This document shows, one piece after another, positions 31,501 to 40,480 of a DNA stretch of 64,000 nt. The stretch comes from Candidatus Poribacteria bacterium (GTDB lineage: Bacteria > Poribacteria > WGA-4E > UBA9662), in NCBI GenBank assembly GCA_036339735.1, contig JAYZAL010000038.1:92076-156075 (forward strand). The letters are read 5' to 3'. The notes under the pieces are model-generated. The model did not search any database. It was not told the DNA's origin and saw nothing but the letters and a program-made list of their open reading frames with translations. A program made the translations under genes and the position numbers. Numbering within the stretch: the first letter of the stretch is position 1; each line of letters opens with the position of its first letter.

Positions 31501-31752
31501 TCAGAGACGGATATCACATACGAGCTACCTAGTTCTGCAGATGAAGTCATCGTTAGTATCTACACAATTTCTGGACGGTTAATTTGGCGCAGAGAGGTCA
31601 GTGGAGTGGTTGGTTTTGATTGGGTTCACTGGGACGGTCGAGATAGCGATGGTCGAATGGTTGCTAACGGTGTCTACTATTGCAAGGTAATAGCTCGAAG
31701 TGCAGGTGAAGAAGAACGTAGTGAAATTATCAAGTTGATGAAGTTGAGGTAG
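25546..31752 (+). CDS. Large secreted peptidase C25 (gingipain/PorU-like) multidomain protein with FlgD-Ig C-terminus
   Basis: Signal peptide; propeptide (GNPQLP...YP); GADYIVIAHP, EIYDTFG, LMGDG, GRLSV, YAGHGG (His), SCYNG (Cys), LFGDP; C-terminal NYPNPFN...WDGRD...NGVYY. Confidence 0.85.
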   Translation: MKTKTSESYISLILLFFNYWLAISWANPVVTPSVNGLTISFELNNLQVQSASVSSKTEQDLSRYKQITYGQPPANGRLSVAGNPQLPVSRFIIGVPISSNPTIDVTQVTTKKQYGIQVLPTPHREIVPNQSKDSLKSEKILSHYREDGFAYQSNANYPRKLAEIVYDGYIRSQRVIYLELHPIQYHPSSQTLLTHSRLVVQLRFDHSLSDPSSIRFESTPSTIFGQEQFGTFSSVLEPNVFERLFEHNLINAEQARQWRRQEKQPDIESEPELVQTKKKRYKICVSQTGIYQLREVDLRTRWQIDLRQIDPRLFQLHHKGKNGLEQVPIYVKGEQDGRFSSDEYITFLGKKTKNRYTRWNVYWLSIGKSAGLRVAEIDASPTDPGATQIPAFRAKKYFEEDHLHSNLQHLTPDSVVPRRSEQNYSNSRLLLNQSYGSVVDTSQKNRWFESVESWFWTGVRNSGDFNQIDLNFPLFDLAKSFDQPQIEVELQGGTPTDHQALVSVNDIRIDFASWKNQDSFRVSRSLRLWNNLKDAGKGEMNAITLARVDTTTEDNTTRYPYHIYINSFSVEFTRLFKAVNEFIDFSTPSSDKSYEVRSRRKVEYQLESFLSPRIEIFEHDGSRLVAKLSNVYVKEDQMNVADQNRLRQIEAVTEYGLIDQQIPEIDYTATFQVSDAHDGNYMAVSSRGIKHPDRIEIVAPSDLLDVTNGADYIVIAHPTYMSEAKRLANWRQTNRGGNYRVKVADLTEIYDTFGQGFVSPKAIKSFLKYAYQSWQPPSVSYVVLMGDGTWDFRGFDTETHVEPPETVGYIPTHYIWTSQFGQTSTDHWYTTVSGIDELPDFYLGRLSVESIDQAQDIVDKIIGYESNRPNGKWRKQIVSVADDEVSNSGDFIFRQSLNEIASGHTLLGYETTKIFLEDVIKEVKSDPAKYNNELPRRVAKDRVIEALGQGSVIAQYAGHGGRVVWAHEAIFDNTSIDQLAETKHQPFMLVLSCYNGYFDKPGEPSMAEKLLRHRNGGIISMLSATRLTYGSGNDALNRIIFDSIFKRNVRNFGSLSYDSKVELLATEGTGQIDVMLAYTLFGDPAMQLAIADYETQPRLANRTTAPGEILKVEGGQIFRIDYDAKKRQKNYYPLKDFNGRLEARAVFPGTYRTAQTEDGVIEVYNGDIVSKASTSVTDGRYDSFQITVPTDVREGTAHLEVYAESLQHIAVGGISFSVKVPRIVEIKPKLVSETTFQISALIADELTRGKKTGVETVTLEWRHPTTRDWSSTKMIADDSQGIGWYKTEIPLPLAKNTEPIRYQIVATDIDGLQTTSDLQQYRPYTLPDLSPIDVSFDVGALIYQVYSAKGGWELRADIQQSEDFQIQQDIKVVFFSGNPDRDDDGMIDQSAKKIGQTVIPPVAWKTRKEHTIEMGDSVNSPLAITKDPLNLNQIATGSIRYQLPIGEQVIFVWVNPPNDEQQSEVSYSNNIAAKNLEHKDLQVGQKDMNFSPPGYAFSLRLPRASFGHTSILRLDSLPTPPPMQPSLKSIPLGGDNDSVLAYNFLLEKPETGGSSANLISPVTIELYFDWTALKAEQEKMIGLEEGEIPDQSQLEIITAGAKQVADQLRVYRWLSDMGKWLQLAESPGQSTEVIQLETLATNVRSENKGDGHIKTVRLDANASVREGKWVLFFTGSDTYRLYLGQKEDDEKFDSLELIDNSLIIPSDLTENTVYRYGMDTKIIKGNIPFQFGDILNFEVLKYKLTGQNEMRHYASAIRRSNNGNGVLRLLAGKKQIPPDSWIVLFLTEQTFQVEGKSSGLLATRGQLDEVYQDSNTGLSFEITSGLDIFDTGDSFSFQTREIGRVQAETSALGTFALMHSSDRTNPDIQLTVGRQNFVSGDPVSDTPLIQATISDDNGINPESIKLEIGQNNRNFRQLTDVEISQQYGANQVLVNYQSEELKQGVYQIRLFAKDLDGNRSETKIEFQVNKGLQLLKVLNYPNPFNSETDITYELPSSADEVIVSIYTISGRLIWRREVSGVVGFDWVHWDGRDSDGRMVANGVYYCKVIARSAGEEERSEIIKLMKLR

Positions 31753-31758
31753 TCTCTA

Positions 31759-32676
31759 TTGTCTGGTCAGTCAAATTCCCTACTGGCGATTTTGGGGCCG
31801 ACAGCCAGTGGGAAGACAACAAATGCTGTTCGGTTAGCAAAATCTATTGGGGGCGAGATTATATCGGTAGATTCACGACAAATCTACCGACAAATGGCAA
31901 TTGGTACGGCTAAACCAACTTTGGAAGAGCAACAGTCAGTTCGACATCACCTGATTGACATTGCCAACGTGGATGAAAAATTTTCTGCAGCAGATTTTCA
32001 GAAACTAGCAGACCGAGCGATTCAAGACATTCGTCAAAGAGGAAAAGTAGTTTTGTTGGTTGGTGGTTCGGGGCTATACTTTCGAGCATTAGTTGATGGT
32101 TTATTTTCAGGACCAGCTGGAGATGAAAATTTTCGACATCAGCTAAAAACACAAGCGAACGTACATGGTCCCCAATATTTACATCAAGAACTTCAGAAGG
32201 TCGACCCACGTACAGCCGACAAAATACACCCCAACAACCTCGTACGTGTGATTCGAGCCCTAGAGGTCTACCATTTGTCAGGCCAAAAAATGTCAGATTT
32301 TCAACCTGCGTGGGATTCGGAGTCCCGATATAATTTTCGGGCCTACGTTTTAAAATTGGATCGACAATATCTGTACCAACGAATTGAAACCAGAGTGGAC
32401 AAAATGATCGAACATGGTTGGGTTCAAGAAGTTCAAGATTTACTAAATGCTGGTTACTCACCTTCAACTCAACCCTTACGAAGTTTTGGGTACCACGAGC
32501 TCATCAACTATCTTGATGGTAGAACTAATCTCGATACCGCGGTAGAACAAATTAAACTTAAAACAAGGCGCTATGCCAAGCGCCAATTGACCTGGTTTCG
32601 GGCAGATCAGCGACTAAAGTGGGTTGACCCTAAGCAGTTAGAAAACCAAGTACTAACAATCAATTTTTCCCAATGA
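31759..32676 (+). CDS. miaA: tRNA (adenosine-37-N6)-dimethylallyltransferase
   Basis: GPTASGKT, DSRQIY, IGTAKP, RALEV, TRRYAKRQLTW. Confidence 0.97.
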   Translation: MSGQSNSLLAILGPTASGKTTNAVRLAKSIGGEIISVDSRQIYRQMAIGTAKPTLEEQQSVRHHLIDIANVDEKFSAADFQKLADRAIQDIRQRGKVVLLVGGSGLYFRALVDGLFSGPAGDENFRHQLKTQANVHGPQYLHQELQKVDPRTADKIHPNNLVRVIRALEVYHLSGQKMSDFQPAWDSESRYNFRAYVLKLDRQYLYQRIETRVDKMIEHGWVQEVQDLLNAGYSPSTQPLRSFGYHELINYLDGRTNLDTAVEQIKLKTRRYAKRQLTWFRADQRLKWVDPKQLENQVLTINFSQ

Positions 32677-32698
32677 TGAAAAATAAGGAAGCTACAAA

Positions 32699-33289
32699 AT
32701 GGATCGAATTCAGGAATATATTTCTCACCTGCAACAAGTTTTGAGTCGATTATCGGTACCCGATGTTCGAGCCTCAATTGATCTTATCATGAAGGCTTAT
32801 GAAAATGATAAACAGATTTTCATTATTGGAAACGGCGGTAGTGCTTCGACAGCGTCCCACATCAGTTGTGATCTAAATAAGGGTACTGTTACAATACCCG
32901 GTGGTGGAGTTTTGCCTGGACTTAAACGATTTCGATCCATCAGTTTAACTGATAATGTTTCAACTATGAGCGCATGGGCTAATGACACGACCTACGATGA
33001 TATTTTTGTTGAACAGCTAAAAAACTTAGTTTGTCCCAATGATTTACTATTGTGTCTTAGTGTTAGCGGCAATTCAGAAAACATATTGCGGGCCATGAGA
33101 CTAGCTAAACAAATGGACTGTAATTTGATTGCTTGGACCGGACAAAATGGAGGAAGAATGGCTGAAATTGCTGATGTTACTGTTCGTGTTGAGAGCGATC
33201 GGTATGGTCCTGTTGAAGATATTCATCTCATTTTGAATCACATTTTACATGATTGGATTTCAACAGATAACCAAGCCCGTATTGGCTGA
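32699..33289 (+). CDS. gmhA: SIS-domain protein, phosphoheptose isomerase-like
   Basis: GNGGSASTASH, AWAND, SVSGNSEN, EDIH. Confidence 0.8.
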   Translation: MDRIQEYISHLQQVLSRLSVPDVRASIDLIMKAYENDKQIFIIGNGGSASTASHISCDLNKGTVTIPGGGVLPGLKRFRSISLTDNVSTMSAWANDTTYDDIFVEQLKNLVCPNDLLLCLSVSGNSENILRAMRLAKQMDCNLIAWTGQNGGRMAEIADVTVRVESDRYGPVEDIHLILNHILHDWISTDNQARIG

Positions 33290-33349
33290 CAATTGTTTGA
33301 CACGACTGAATTTGGTCGATATAATTCGGTACAGTTAGGGGGGTTACGA

Positions 33350-34831
33350 ATGCTCATGTTCATCCGACTTTGGCTCTTTTTTCTACTTGCTCTATTCTGT
33401 ATTCCCATTCAAGCTGCACAGGTCTACATCATCCGAATCCGTTCAGAAATAGGGAATGGACTTCGGGTTTATATCAAGCACGGCATCGAAGCGGCCGAAG
33501 CAGGAAACTCAGACGCCATCATTTTCGACATCGACACACCTGGTGGCGCGGTGAACGCTGCTAAAGATATCATCGACGATATACATCAGACAAATATTCC
33601 TACCATAGCTTATGTCAATAATGAGGCGATATCAGCGGGTGCGATGATTTCTTTAGCCTGCGACCAAATAGTTATGAGGGGTGGTGGTACAATTGGCGAT
33701 TCGGCTCCAGTGTCCTTGCAAGGACAGGAAGCTGGTGAAAAGATTGTTTCTTATGTAAGAGGCAAAATAGAAGCTACAGCTGAGCGTCAAGGGCGTAACC
33801 CTGATATTGCGAAGGCAATGGTGGACAAGAAATTGTGGTTGGTAAAACTCAAAAACGGTAATATCGTTGCGTTGAGAAGCGACGAATATGAAAAACGAAG
33901 GGAAGCTGACGAGATTGAAGAAGTGATTGCGTCTGGCGGCGAAAGCGAAGCTGAACTTTTAACTCTTACCACAGAAGGTGCAATCAAATATCAGTTAGCT
34001 GAAGCCATCGCTGAAAGCTTAGACGCATTACTTGAGATGTATTTGATCGTTGAGGTCAATGGAACTCGCCAAGCTATGACCAGAGAAAATTTTGAATTTA
34101 TGGATAAAGATTTACCATTTGTAGCCCTGAAAAATGCGAACCAAAACACAGTTGAACTTACCTTAGCTGACCGGATGGTTATTTTTTTGACCAGCCCGAT
34201 AATTGCGGGCCTACTTTTGTCCCTCGGCACCGCAGGTCTATTTATCGAGATCCGATCACCTGGATTTGGGATCCCTGGATTGCTGGGTCTACTGTGCCTA
34301 AGCCTATTTTTTGGCGGCCACTTACTCAGTCATGTTGACGCCGAGTACGCGTTACTGGCTTTTGTCTTTGGGGTTTGCCTTCTACTTTTAGAAGCTTTTG
34401 TTATTCCTGGTTTCGGTATAGCAGGCATTTTGGGCCTTGGATGCATTTTATTCAGTATTTTCTTCATCTTTAGTCAAGCCTACGAAACAGAACAAGCTAT
34501 CACGACTTTGTCAGTTTCAGTCCTAATGACCGTTAGTCTTTGTGTTATTGCGGCTTACTTGTTGCCCAAAACAAGAACATGGAACAACTTCGTTCTTCAG
34601 ACTGAAATGGTCTCGGAGCAAGGATTCCATTCTGCGCCTCGTGAAGATTTTCAACACTACATTGGCCAGCTTGGTACAGCTCTGACAACACTAAGACCGT
34701 CTGGTACCATTCGTATTGGAGAAGACCGACTTGACGCGATTAGTATAGGAAATTTTGTTGATCCTGAATCCACTGTGAAAGTTGTACAAGTTGAAGGTGC
34801 AAATGTCTACGTAGAGGAAGTCTTAGTTTAA
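33350..34831 (+). CDS. NfeD family membrane protease (long form)
   Basis: Signal peptide, IDTPGG, AISAG, TM block with E-x3-PGFG twice, C-terminal LRPSG OB-fold. Confidence 0.9.
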   Translation: MLMFIRLWLFFLLALFCIPIQAAQVYIIRIRSEIGNGLRVYIKHGIEAAEAGNSDAIIFDIDTPGGAVNAAKDIIDDIHQTNIPTIAYVNNEAISAGAMISLACDQIVMRGGGTIGDSAPVSLQGQEAGEKIVSYVRGKIEATAERQGRNPDIAKAMVDKKLWLVKLKNGNIVALRSDEYEKRREADEIEEVIASGGESEAELLTLTTEGAIKYQLAEAIAESLDALLEMYLIVEVNGTRQAMTRENFEFMDKDLPFVALKNANQNTVELTLADRMVIFLTSPIIAGLLLSLGTAGLFIEIRSPGFGIPGLLGLLCLSLFFGGHLLSHVDAEYALLAFVFGVCLLLLEAFVIPGFGIAGILGLGCILFSIFFIFSQAYETEQAITTLSVSVLMTVSLCVIAAYLLPKTRTWNNFVLQTEMVSEQGFHSAPREDFQHYIGQLGTALTTLRPSGTIRIGEDRLDAISIGNFVDPESTVKVVQVEGANVYVEEVLV

Positions 34832-34882
34832 TACAAACAGCTTTCCACGTTGGTAATATAAACAAATCTCAAGGAGTTTAAA

Positions 34883-36073
34883 TTGAGTAAAAGAATTGGT
34901 GTCCTAACTGGTGGAGGCGACACCCCTGCACTAAATGCTACACTCAAGGGTATAGCCCTGAAAGCCGAGGAACTCGGTTATGAATTAATTGGGTTCATGG
35001 AAGGTTGGGCTGGTGTTTTGACCGGTGGTTCCTACGTACGTCTTAATCCTGATATGGTTAATGAAAATCAAGGTGGGACACTGTTGCAGAGTTCCAGAAC
35101 CAACTTGCGTGCTTCTAATAAATTAGGTGAAGCCGTCGACAATTTGAAAAAGCTGAAAATTGACGCACTGATCCCAATAGGTGGAGATGACACCTTGAGC
35201 GTTGGTTCAGCACTGTCCGAACACTTCACTACAACTTTCGTAACTAAGACAATTGACAACGATGTTGGAATCAACTGCCCAGCAGAAGAGGCACTTGATT
35301 ACACGAAGATTATTAATTATTTCTGCCCCGGCTTTCCTAGTGCTGCTCACCTCGTCGCAAAATACGTTCGTGATATCCGTACGACAGCCTATTCACACAA
35401 CCGTGTTATTTTCGTGGAAGCCATGGGTCGCTATGCTGGCTGGCTAACGTTGTCCGCTGCTTATGGTGGTGCAGACTTAATCCTAATTCCCGAGGCAACT
35501 TACGATCCTGATAAGATGGCCGAAATAATAGAGAAACAATATCTAGAAAAAGGTCACCTGATTGTAGCTGTTTCAGAAGGGATCAGTGATGCTAATGGTG
35601 ATCTAATCACTGAATCAGCAGAACTGGATAGCTTTGGTCACGCAAGACCTGGGGGTTGTTCAGAGGTCATTGCTGATCATATGAAAAATCGAATGCCTAG
35701 TTTATCTTCATCAGTATTTCGACACCAGATTCTCGGTTATATGCAGCGCTGTGGTAGCCCAATACCGATCGATCGAGACACCGCTATCAAAGCTGGGAAA
35801 TTATCAGTTTCCGCTGTTGAGAATGGACAAGTAAACCATGTTTCTACTATCATGAGAACGGATTTGGGTCTGGAACCACGTTTGCTCCATTTAAATCAAG
35901 TCCTGAAGCGTGGAGAAGATGGACACGTAATCCGGAGGGACACGGATAGCCGTTTCTACGAAGCTGAGAATTTCAGAATTTCGTCAGCTGGTATTGGGTA
36001 TTTCCGACCGATTTTTGGCGATATCCCCAGAGATCATACCGCGTCAAGTCTAGACAGAATGACCATAGGATGA
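34883..36073 (+). CDS. pfkA: 6-phosphofructokinase, probably PPi-dependent
   Basis: TGGGDTPALN, GGDD, KTIDND, EAMGR, LGYMQR. Confidence 0.88.
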   Translation: MSKRIGVLTGGGDTPALNATLKGIALKAEELGYELIGFMEGWAGVLTGGSYVRLNPDMVNENQGGTLLQSSRTNLRASNKLGEAVDNLKKLKIDALIPIGGDDTLSVGSALSEHFTTTFVTKTIDNDVGINCPAEEALDYTKIINYFCPGFPSAAHLVAKYVRDIRTTAYSHNRVIFVEAMGRYAGWLTLSAAYGGADLILIPEATYDPDKMAEIIEKQYLEKGHLIVAVSEGISDANGDLITESAELDSFGHARPGGCSEVIADHMKNRMPSLSSSVFRHQILGYMQRCGSPIPIDRDTAIKAGKLSVSAVENGQVNHVSTIMRTDLGLEPRLLHLNQVLKRGEDGHVIRRDTDSRFYEAENFRISSAGIGYFRPIFGDIPRDHTASSLDRMTIG

Positions 36074-36108
36074 TAGTCTGACAGACACCAATTCATACCA
36101 GATCGCTT

Positions 36109-36615
36109 TTACTCTGGTTGAATTGGTTTCAACACACGTAAGAAACCGACCACCAAATTGCCTGCCCCCCAAATGAAAGCGATGGCCAAGATAGGAACAC
36201 TAAGTCTGTTTTCAAATAACTCACGAATTGTCTGCCCCCATTTTGATTGTGGATTCATAGACAGAAACGTAATAGCAGAGGAGAAGGCTAGCCAAATTAA
36301 ACCTCGTAGTAAATGGGTTTGGCTGCTTTCTCCAAACCCTCTGTCGGGTAACTCTGAATTTCCTCCACTGTAACTGTTCGTCTGCCAATTATTTTCTTCC
36401 ACCATTCGTTTCACGTGATCTGACAGATCAGTCTGGTCGATCTGAGTAAATATAGGCTGTATTTCCTGGAGTATGGTAGTTTCGCTTTTTCCTTCGTTGA
36501 TTCTCAAGCTAACTTCTGCTACTAATTGATTATAGAGTTCAAGAAGATAGTTATTATTTTCTGTAGGCCAATCTGGCTGTGCATCGGCACTTTTATCTTG
36601 GTTAAAGGTTGCCAA
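36109..36615 (-). CDS. Hypothetical protein with two C-terminal TM helices
   Basis: Follows trpA after 9 nt, same strand; no recognised motif. Confidence 0.55.
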   Translation of the reverse strand: MATFNQDKSADAQPDWPTENNNYLLELYNQLVAEVSLRINEGKSETTILQEIQPIFTQIDQTDLSDHVKRMVEENNWQTNSYSGGNSELPDRGFGESSQTHLLRGLIWLAFSSAITFLSMNPQSKWGQTIRELFENRLSVPILAIAFIWGAGNLVVGFLRVLKPIQPE

Positions 36616-36624
36616 ATGATTATC

Positions 36625-37425
36625 CTATCCTTTTATACCATGAATCAATTCTGTTGCAAATTTTTCGACACTCTCAATTATATTAGTTTCATTTCCAAGG
36701 TTCGACTCAATTTGGTCGATAATAGCGCTTCCTACCACCACACCGTCTGCAATATCCGAAATCGATCTCGCTTGCTCAGAGTTAGAAATACCAAACCCGA
36801 CACATATAGGAGTCTTAGTATGTTTTCTCAATTCGGTAATCATGGGAACTACATCTGTTGAGATCTCTCTTCTAGTACCGGTTACACCTGTTACCGAAAC
36901 GCAATAAATGAAGCCACCTCCAGATTTAGCGATTTTTGTCATTCGCTCAACAGTGCTAGTTGGTGCTACTAAGAAAATAACCTTAATATCATACTGTGCT
37001 GCAATTCGTTGAATGGGATCACTTTCTTCGATTGGTAAATCTGGGATAATGATGCCATCTACCCCAACAGAACGAGCTTTAGTAAAAAATTCTTCTAACC
37101 CCATTACAAAAATGGGATTATAATATCCCATTAAGACTATCGGTACGTCAGTCTCTGTTCTTAGATCTGCTACTAGTTGTAATAATTGACTCAGCGTTAC
37201 CCTGTTCTCTAGTGCACGCTCACTTGCTTTCTGAATGGTTGGTCCATCAGCAATAGGATCTGAAAAAGGAACGCCGAGTTCAATAATATCTGCTCCCGCT
37301 TTATCTAGGGTTAAGACTAACTTTCGTGTGATATCAAGGTTAGGATCTCCACCACAAATATAGGGTATAAAAGCTGATTTCTTTTCCTGCTTCAACTTGC
37401 GAAACTTAGAATCAATTCTGTTCAA
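36625..37425 (-). CDS. trpA: Tryptophan synthase alpha chain
   Basis: ELGVPFSDPIADGP, GVTG, VGFGIS, VGSA. Confidence 0.97.
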   Translation of the reverse strand: MNRIDSKFRKLKQEKKSAFIPYICGGDPNLDITRKLVLTLDKAGADIIELGVPFSDPIADGPTIQKASERALENRVTLSQLLQLVADLRTETDVPIVLMGYYNPIFVMGLEEFFTKARSVGVDGIIIPDLPIEESDPIQRIAAQYDIKVIFLVAPTSTVERMTKIAKSGGGFIYCVSVTGVTGTRREISTDVVPMITELRKHTKTPICVGFGISNSEQARSISDIADGVVVGSAIIDQIESNLGNETNIIESVEKFATELIHGIKG

Positions 37426-37434
37426 GAGAAACTC

Positions 37435-38640
37435 CTAAATAGAAATACCAAGAGCCTCAGCAATGGTATATACATCTTTATCACCACGACCAGACAAACA
37501 CAATACTATAGTTTCATCCACAGACATCTGTGGGGCAACTTTAGTCAGATAAGCTATAGCATGCGAGGTTTCTAGAGCTGGAATAATTCCTTCCTGATGT
37601 GCGAGGAGTTGGAAACCTTCGACCGCCTCCTGATCCGTGATAGATACGTATGTTGCACGTCCACTATCGTGATAAAAGCTGTGCTCAGGGCCAACACCTG
37701 GATAATCAAGACCTGCGGAAATCGAGTGTGCAGGGGTAATCTGTCCTTTGTTTTCTTGCAACAGATGACACTTGGCTCCGTGAAATATACCGACACTACC
37801 AGCACTCAACGAAGCAGAATGCTCTCCACTGTCAAGACCTCGTCCACCTGCCTCGACCCCAACTAACGACACTTCCTTGTCTTGATAAAAAGGATAGAAC
37901 ATGCCAATTGAATTACTGCCTCCACCAACACAAGCAACAACGAGATCAGGTAGAGCCCCTGTTAATTCCTGAATTTGCTGGCGAGTTTCCTGACCAATAA
38001 CAGATTGAAAGTCCCTAACGATCATTGGGTAGGGGTGAGCCCCTACAACCGATCCAATCAATAAATGAGTGTTACGGACATTAGCCACCCAATCACGAAA
38101 TGTAGCATTAATCGCATCCTTCAAAGTTCGAGAACCGGAGGTAACTGGTGTTACTTTGGCTCCCATTGTGCGCATCCGAAATACGTTGAGAGACTGCCTA
38201 TGAACGTCCTCTTCCCCCATAAAAATCTCGCACTCAAAGTCAAATTTAGCACATACTGTAGCAGTAGCTACTCCATGTTGGCCAGCTCCAGTCTCAGCGA
38301 TAATTCGTTTTTTACCCATCCGTTTAGCTAGTAATATTTGACCGATGGTATTATTGATCTTATGAGCTCCGGTGTGATTAAGATCTTCCCGTTTTAAGTA
38401 GATTTTTGCCCCTCCAAGTGTTTCTGTCAATCTTTCTGCAAAATATAGAGGATTAGGACGACCAACATAAGATTGCAAATAGTGGTGGAGTTCACTTTGG
38501 AAGTCATCATCGTCTTTAAAATGGTGATAAGACTCTTCCAACTCTAGTAAAGCAGGCATTAAGGTTTCAGGTACAAATCGGCCGCCAAATTCACCGAATC
38601 GGCCTGCATCGTTGGGTAAGGTTGTGATGGAATGTTCCAC
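37435..38640 (-). CDS. trpB: Tryptophan synthase beta chain
   Basis: [40 protein letters not shown]. Start GTG 38640 follows AAGGAG. Confidence 0.98.
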   Translation of the reverse strand: MEHSITTLPNDAGRFGEFGGRFVPETLMPALLELEESYHHFKDDDDFQSELHHYLQSYVGRPNPLYFAERLTETLGGAKIYLKREDLNHTGAHKINNTIGQILLAKRMGKKRIIAETGAGQHGVATATVCAKFDFECEIFMGEEDVHRQSLNVFRMRTMGAKVTPVTSGSRTLKDAINATFRDWVANVRNTHLLIGSVVGAHPYPMIVRDFQSVIGQETRQQIQELTGALPDLVVACVGGGSNSIGMFYPFYQDKEVSLVGVEAGGRGLDSGEHSASLSAGSVGIFHGAKCHLLQENKGQITPAHSISAGLDYPGVGPEHSFYHDSGRATYVSITDQEAVEGFQLLAHQEGIIPALETSHAIAYLTKVAPQMSVDETIVLCLSGRGDKDVYTIAEALGISI

Positions 38641-38668
38641 GTGGTTTAACTCCTTTGTTACTTCTGTC

Positions 38669-39025
38669 TTATTTGGGCCGAATTTGATCCGATGAAGCGT
38701 CGAGTCGTTGAATTTGCTTATGCAAATGCGCATATTGTTGCTTGAGCCGGAACAGATACAGTATCAAAATTAACCAAACGAAAAAATAAGCAGTTATTAG
38801 GTATTTAATTCGACGAGATTGACCTTCATTAAGTAGTTCGACGACTTTTACCACGATTCCATAGACTTCAGCCCGGTCATACTTGATCTCGTTTCCTAAA
38901 ACATCTGAAATAGCAGTTTCGATACGTTCTTCCGGAATTAATGTGTCAGGAGATGGAGTGAGTTGGAATAGAGCTAAAAAAGTAGCGAAAACGAGAAAGA
39001 TGATGATGAAATCCACTTTCAGCAT
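38669..39025 (-). CDS. CcmD-like heme exporter protein D with N-terminal extension
   Basis: Directly after ccmC. The C-terminus [23 protein letters not shown]...IQRL has the TM plus basic coil pattern of CcmD. Confidence 0.55.
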   Translation of the reverse strand: MLKVDFIIIFLVFATFLALFQLTPSPDTLIPEERIETAISDVLGNEIKYDRAEVYGIVVKVVELLNEGQSRRIKYLITAYFFVWLILILYLFRLKQQYAHLHKQIQRLDASSDQIRPK

Positions 39026-39035
39026 GGAGTCAAAT

Positions 39036-39689
39036 TTACCGGTCAACTTGCATATTATTTAGCTTATGCAAGATAATTTCTAAGTCAGTTCTCATTTTCA
39101 GTAAGACGACATATATCAAGGTTAACGCGAACCAAGAAATTAGCCAAGCTGACCGCATACTTTCAGCTAAATTCGATCGAGTGGTAGTTGGTGGGTGTAG
39201 GCTACTTGATTGCCACAATTTCACAGAATAATATACGATTGGTACGTTCAAAAAAGCAACAATACCAAATACAGCAGAAAATCTCTTTTTTTGGGCTGAA
39301 GGGGCTGAATTTCTTAAAATGAAGTAACCAGCATAGGTTAACCATAAAATCAGAGTGCTGGTTAAACGTGGTTCCCAATTCCACCATGTGTTCCAAGATG
39401 ACTTTGCCCAAATAGGTCCAGTTGTTAATACGATAGTGGCAAAAACCAACCCTAATTCGGCTGAATTGGCCGCGATCAAATCTGCCTTGAAATTTCGCTT
39501 TACCAAGTAAATTATGCTACATACACAAGTAACAGCGAAAGCTAGAAAGGAAGTGAAAGCCGAGGAAACATGAAAGTAAAAAATTTTCTGAACTTCTAGC
39601 ATTGTCTTTTCGTAGTCTGCGTATCCGAAGACTAAATAAAGAGACAAGAAAAGTATCACTACTGTTACAAGAGGGAGAAGAGTCTTCAT
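39036..39689 (-). CDS. ccmC: Heme exporter protein C
   Basis: FYFHV, Trp-rich WAKSSWNTWWNWEPRL motif, later LHP. Confidence 0.92.
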   Translation of the reverse strand: MKTLLPLVTVVILFLSLYLVFGYADYEKTMLEVQKIFYFHVSSAFTSFLAFAVTCVCSIIYLVKRNFKADLIAANSAELGLVFATIVLTTGPIWAKSSWNTWWNWEPRLTSTLILWLTYAGYFILRNSAPSAQKKRFSAVFGIVAFLNVPIVYYSVKLWQSSSLHPPTTTRSNLAESMRSAWLISWFALTLIYVVLLKMRTDLEIILHKLNNMQVDR

Positions 39690-39696
39690 CACTTTG

Positions 39697-40398
39697 TTAC
39701 CCTTCAATCACGAACTCAAATAACAAGTAAGAACTTGATAAAAACACTAAACCATAAGTTACTAGGAGAGTAAGCCAAAACCGGTTACCAAAGGTATTAG
39801 TGGTCAATATGAAGGTTGTGCATTTGGCCCCCGCCATAATGACAGGAAAAATCAACGGGAACAAGATGACCGTTAGTAAACTTTCACTGCCGAATCGTCC
39901 CGACATTGTTGATAAAGTCACTCCGACTGAACAGAAACCAACCGTCCCCAACGATAAAACCGCTATCAACTTCAGGACCGCTAACCCGGAAACTTGGTCC
40001 AAGGCTTCTGAAAAGAGTAAAGCCAATGGGGTTATTACCACTTGGACTACAGTTAACCATATGACACTACTAATTACTTTGGCCAGATAAATTAATCCAG
40101 CGTCGATCCCAGTAAGACGTATAGCTTCAAGACCACCATGTGTTCTATCAATTTCGACCGAACGATTCAAGGTGATTGTACCCACAAATGCGAAAGCCAT
40201 CCACAGAATACTAGAAGCTAAACGTCCCTGATTGTCTGGGGATAGTGGCGCAGGACCAAAGGCAAAATTAAAAATCAATACTACCAACAAGCTAAACACA
40301 AAGACCTGGGCTAGGAGATTCTTTGATCTAAAATGAAGTAAGAGGTCTTTTCGAACTAGCCAACTGGCTTGGCTAATATAGTTTGAAGATGCGGACAT
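39697..40398 (-). CDS. ccmB: Heme exporter protein B
   Basis: KDLLL..R, six TMs, LLTVILFPLIFP; adjacent to ccmC. Confidence 0.88.
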   Translation of the reverse strand: MSASSNYISQASWLVRKDLLLHFRSKNLLAQVFVFSLLVVLIFNFAFGPAPLSPDNQGRLASSILWMAFAFVGTITLNRSVEIDRTHGGLEAIRLTGIDAGLIYLAKVISSVIWLTVVQVVITPLALLFSEALDQVSGLAVLKLIAVLSLGTVGFCSVGVTLSTMSGRFGSESLLTVILFPLIFPVIMAGAKCTTFILTTNTFGNRFWLTLLVTYGLVFLSSSYLLFEFVIEG

Positions 40399-40480
40399 AT
40401 TGGGTCGGGCACTTGAAAGTTAGAGGATTCGTATACGATACCATACCCAGCTTATTGATTCAAACTAGAGTTGCCCAACG

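Noticed and set aside
38641-38733. N-terminal extension of TrpB
   Set aside because: It overlaps the upstream gene, and a strong RBS precedes GTG 38640.
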